Shown here piece by piece: positions 61,861 to 64,000 of a DNA stretch of 64,000 nucleotides; within the stretch, counting starts at the first letter, position 1; each line of letters opens with the position of its first letter. Under the pieces are notes generated by a model that saw nothing but the letters and a program-made list of their open reading frames with translations, was not told where the DNA came from and did no database searches. Where the stretch lies: contig CAVYRH010000011.1 of assembly GCA_963770835.1 (NCBI GenBank), forward strand, positions 32,001 to 96,000. The letters run 5' to 3'. The position numbers and the translations under genes are program-made. This DNA comes from an uncultured Pseudomonadota bacterium. Lineage in GTDB: Bacteria; Oederibacteriota; Muellerivitia; Muellerivitales; Muellerivitaceae.

Positions 61861-61913
61861 AGTTTTGAAAAGGGTAAAAGCCTTGTCCACGACGGGGACC
61901 CATCGTGGACATC

Positions 61914-62463
61914 GTGCCAGAGGAGGGTTTGCAGAGCCAGCAGGTGAGGGAGTAGGCCGATGAGGGTCAACCCAAGTCCTGACCAGGTAATCACCAGAGA
62001 GCCTGGAAGTCAGCCCCCGGCGTAGGATCGAGAGGTCCTGCCCGAAACGGGGTCATAAACCTCATTTAGTGAGGGAACAATCCAGCAGTCCGCAACATCA
62101 AGTGAATCCTGCCGCTTCGTGAATGGGACACCGAAAGGTGCAAGGGGATGCCGAGCCGCGTGTCTACTGGCGAAGGCCACGATCCCGCTGAAGAATCTGG
62201 TAGCAAGCGGGGCAAGTCCTCCGGAGTATGGGGAACGGAATGTTGGAAAGGCTATGCAAGCAAGCTGGGAGATCCTACCCGCCAAAAGACTTGCCGCTAT
62301 AAGGCTAAAACCGAAAAGAGGCAAGGGTGGGAGGAAGTCGGAGGGGGTCACAGTACCGATGAAGGGGTGGACAACAAAACCACCCTGAGGGAAGGACCCC
62401 TGCTTCAACCATGTGTCTCAAAGAAGGTAGGCGCTGGAGCATGCCCCAAAAGGGCCAACAACT
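61914..62463 (+). mobile_element. Group II intron, 5' part (domains I-III and start of IV); interrupted by the IS and continuing past the window end
   Basis: GTGCC 5' end; AAGTGAATCCTGCCGCTTCGT; GCCGAGCC..GGCGAAGGCC (EBS1 stem); GGGAGATCCT; AAGTCGGAGGGGGTCACAGTACCGATGAAG...GGGAAGGACCCCTGCTT. Confidence 0.85.
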
Positions 62464-62559
62464 GATATGAATGAGCCAGTCAAGCCCGCTGGTTTTTCCT
62501 TTGGTTTTATCCTACTCTTTTCCACCTCAAGGCCCTGCGAAAAGCCCTGATCTCGAAAG

Positions 62560-62725
62560 CCCGGCTTGTTTCGACGATGAATCAAACTGATATTCGCGTG
62601 TTAGACCCATTGCTGGTTCCAGGGACGCAAGATTTTCATTCGTCGGGAGCTGCCTCGATCTCTGATCGTGGGTCGTCGCAGGCTTAGGCCTTTGCGCCAC
62701 AGAGTTGTACCGAGGGTTCTCCAAA
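62560..62725 (-). ncRNA. Bridge/seek RNA of the IS110-family element (ends approximate)
   Basis: Two stem-flanked internal loops whose strands match the reconstructed target and the donor junction. Confidence 0.8.
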
Positions 62726-62770
62726 TCGTTGCCAAGCTTCCGGAAACAGGGTTCTTCCTTCATGACCTTG

Positions 62771-63874
62771 TTAAACCATTCCTGTTGTTTCCTGGGCGAT
62801 GGCCCACACAAATCCAGCCAACTCCCGGGCTACGGCCACCACTACTTTTTGGATGGGCTTGTTACGTTGGGTCATTTTTAGAAACTTTTTGTACAGACGA
62901 TCCTGTGCTCTGCGGGCGATCTTTAAAATCTCCACCGGACAACCCTCCCGCCTTTTTTCTAAAACCACGCCGACCGACTTCCCATGGCGGTAACTCCAAG
63001 CCGATTCCACAAGAATCCGTCTCAAATGGGCGTTCCCGGTCTTGGTGATTCCTCCCCGACGGATTTTTCCACCTGAACTGCTTTCACATATCCCCAAACC
63101 CGCGTAACCCATGAAATTACGAGCGCTCTCAAATCGCCTCAAATCTTGGCCTTCCACCGCCAAGGTCATGGCGCTCAAGGTATCAACCCCTTTCAGGCAC
63201 CTCAAATGCTTGACCAGTTTCCTGTAGGGTTCTTGGCTGGCCATCTCCTCCACTCGGCTCGTCAAACTCCTCAACCGCTCATCTGCCTCTTGCTTCCCGC
63301 GGACATATGCCTCGAAAGTCTCATGCAGTTCCAGAGGTTCGAACTTTTGGGTTTTCAGCCATGCCTCATGGGCTGATCTCCAATTCTTAGCTTCTCGAAA
63401 GATACGACCTTGCCGAAGAAAGAAATTCGACAACCGGTGCCGGGCCTTTTGCCGGTCTTCTAGGGCATCCTCACGAACTCGAACCAGATCCCGACAGGCT
63501 TCCTCTTGGATGGTCGGAACCCGCACTTCCGTCAGCTCTCCCGCCCTCCAAAGACGGGCCAACTTTTCCGCATCTCGGCGGTCTGTCTTCACCCGATCCC
63601 CGGCTTTCACTGGAATTTTCCCAGGGGCGATTACGACGCACTTCAACCCCTTTTGGGTTAATTGCCGGTGGATGTCATATCCACAAGGGCCCGCCTCGTA
63701 CACAAACGTTATTGACCCTCGTCCTTCGTACTTACCCAGCATTTTCCCCAATGCTTTTGGGGTGTTCTCGATTGTAAAAATATCCTTCACATTTTCGGCC
63801 CTAGCCGGCAGGACCGCACCTACCACCGTATCCTTATGGACATCCAACCCGACCACCGTGATATTATTTTCCAT
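62771..63874 (-). CDS. IS110-family DEDD recombinase/transposase
   Basis: GLDVHK, YEAG, KTDRRDA (DEDD); ESSSG serine; ITKTGN.HLR; AVARELAGFVW; GGAGG RBS before the ATG at 63874. Confidence 0.96.
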   Translation of the reverse strand: MENNITVVGLDVHKDTVVGAVLPARAENVKDIFTIENTPKALGKMLGKYEGRGSITFVYEAGPCGYDIHRQLTQKGLKCVVIAPGKIPVKAGDRVKTDRRDAEKLARLWRAGELTEVRVPTIQEEACRDLVRVREDALEDRQKARHRLSNFFLRQGRIFREAKNWRSAHEAWLKTQKFEPLELHETFEAYVRGKQEADERLRSLTSRVEEMASQEPYRKLVKHLRCLKGVDTLSAMTLAVEGQDLRRFESARNFMGYAGLGICESSSGGKIRRGGITKTGNAHLRRILVESAWSYRHGKSVGVVLEKRREGCPVEILKIARRAQDRLYKKFLKMTQRNKPIQKVVVAVARELAGFVWAIAQETTGMV

Positions 63875-64000
63875 GAGCCAGCCCTCCGTATGCGGATAGG
63901 CTCCCTCAAGGAGCAACCCGCGAATTAGGGCCCTTCAACAAGGCCCGTTTTATTTTACGCAGGCCGCTGGCTCATTCATGTTATCTCTGTAGTACCAAAG

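Larger units (their letters stand above)
62464..63986 (-). mobile_element. Complete IS110-family element, IS1111-type architecture (about 1.52 kb)
   Basis: 13 bp subterminal IRs ATGAATGAGCCAG (62467-62479) and CTGGCTCATTCAT (63967-63979); CT core at both junctions (62462-62463, 63985-63986); non-coding region downstream of the transposase. Confidence 0.92.

Noticed and set aside
62010..62465. Short ORFs in both directions at 62.0-62.5 kb
   Set aside because: They overlap structured intron RNA; only the last codons plausibly belong to the RT start.

Overview
Bacterial chromosomal window (diderm, probably an uncultured lineage), almost all on the + strand. 1-16.4 kb: exported/outer-membrane proteins, yajC, an HTH-REC regulator, pabB-pabC-folD-coaE, two GAF-GGDEF cyclases, and rho-M23-rpmE-prfA-prmC. 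16.6-44.5 kb: rpoBC plus the str, S10, spc and alpha ribosomal clusters. The usual secE-nusG-rplKAJL block is absent before rpoB, and indels cluster at about 20.8-29.7 kb (most likely sequencing errors). 44.5-51.5 kb: envelope and glycosylation genes. 51.5-59.1 kb: an attenuator-controlled ilvB-ilvN-ilvC-psd-pssA-leuA operon with short repeat elements at each gene boundary. 59.1-64 kb: an accessory region with three copies of the leuA 3' end, an ORF6N-like relic and an MNT-HEPN toxin-antitoxin pair, then AT-rich genes and the 5' half of a group II intron. A complete IS110-family (IS1111-type) element sits in the start of the intron ORF. Its bridge-RNA target and donor guides can be read directly against the reconstructed insertion site, which is the most striking observation.
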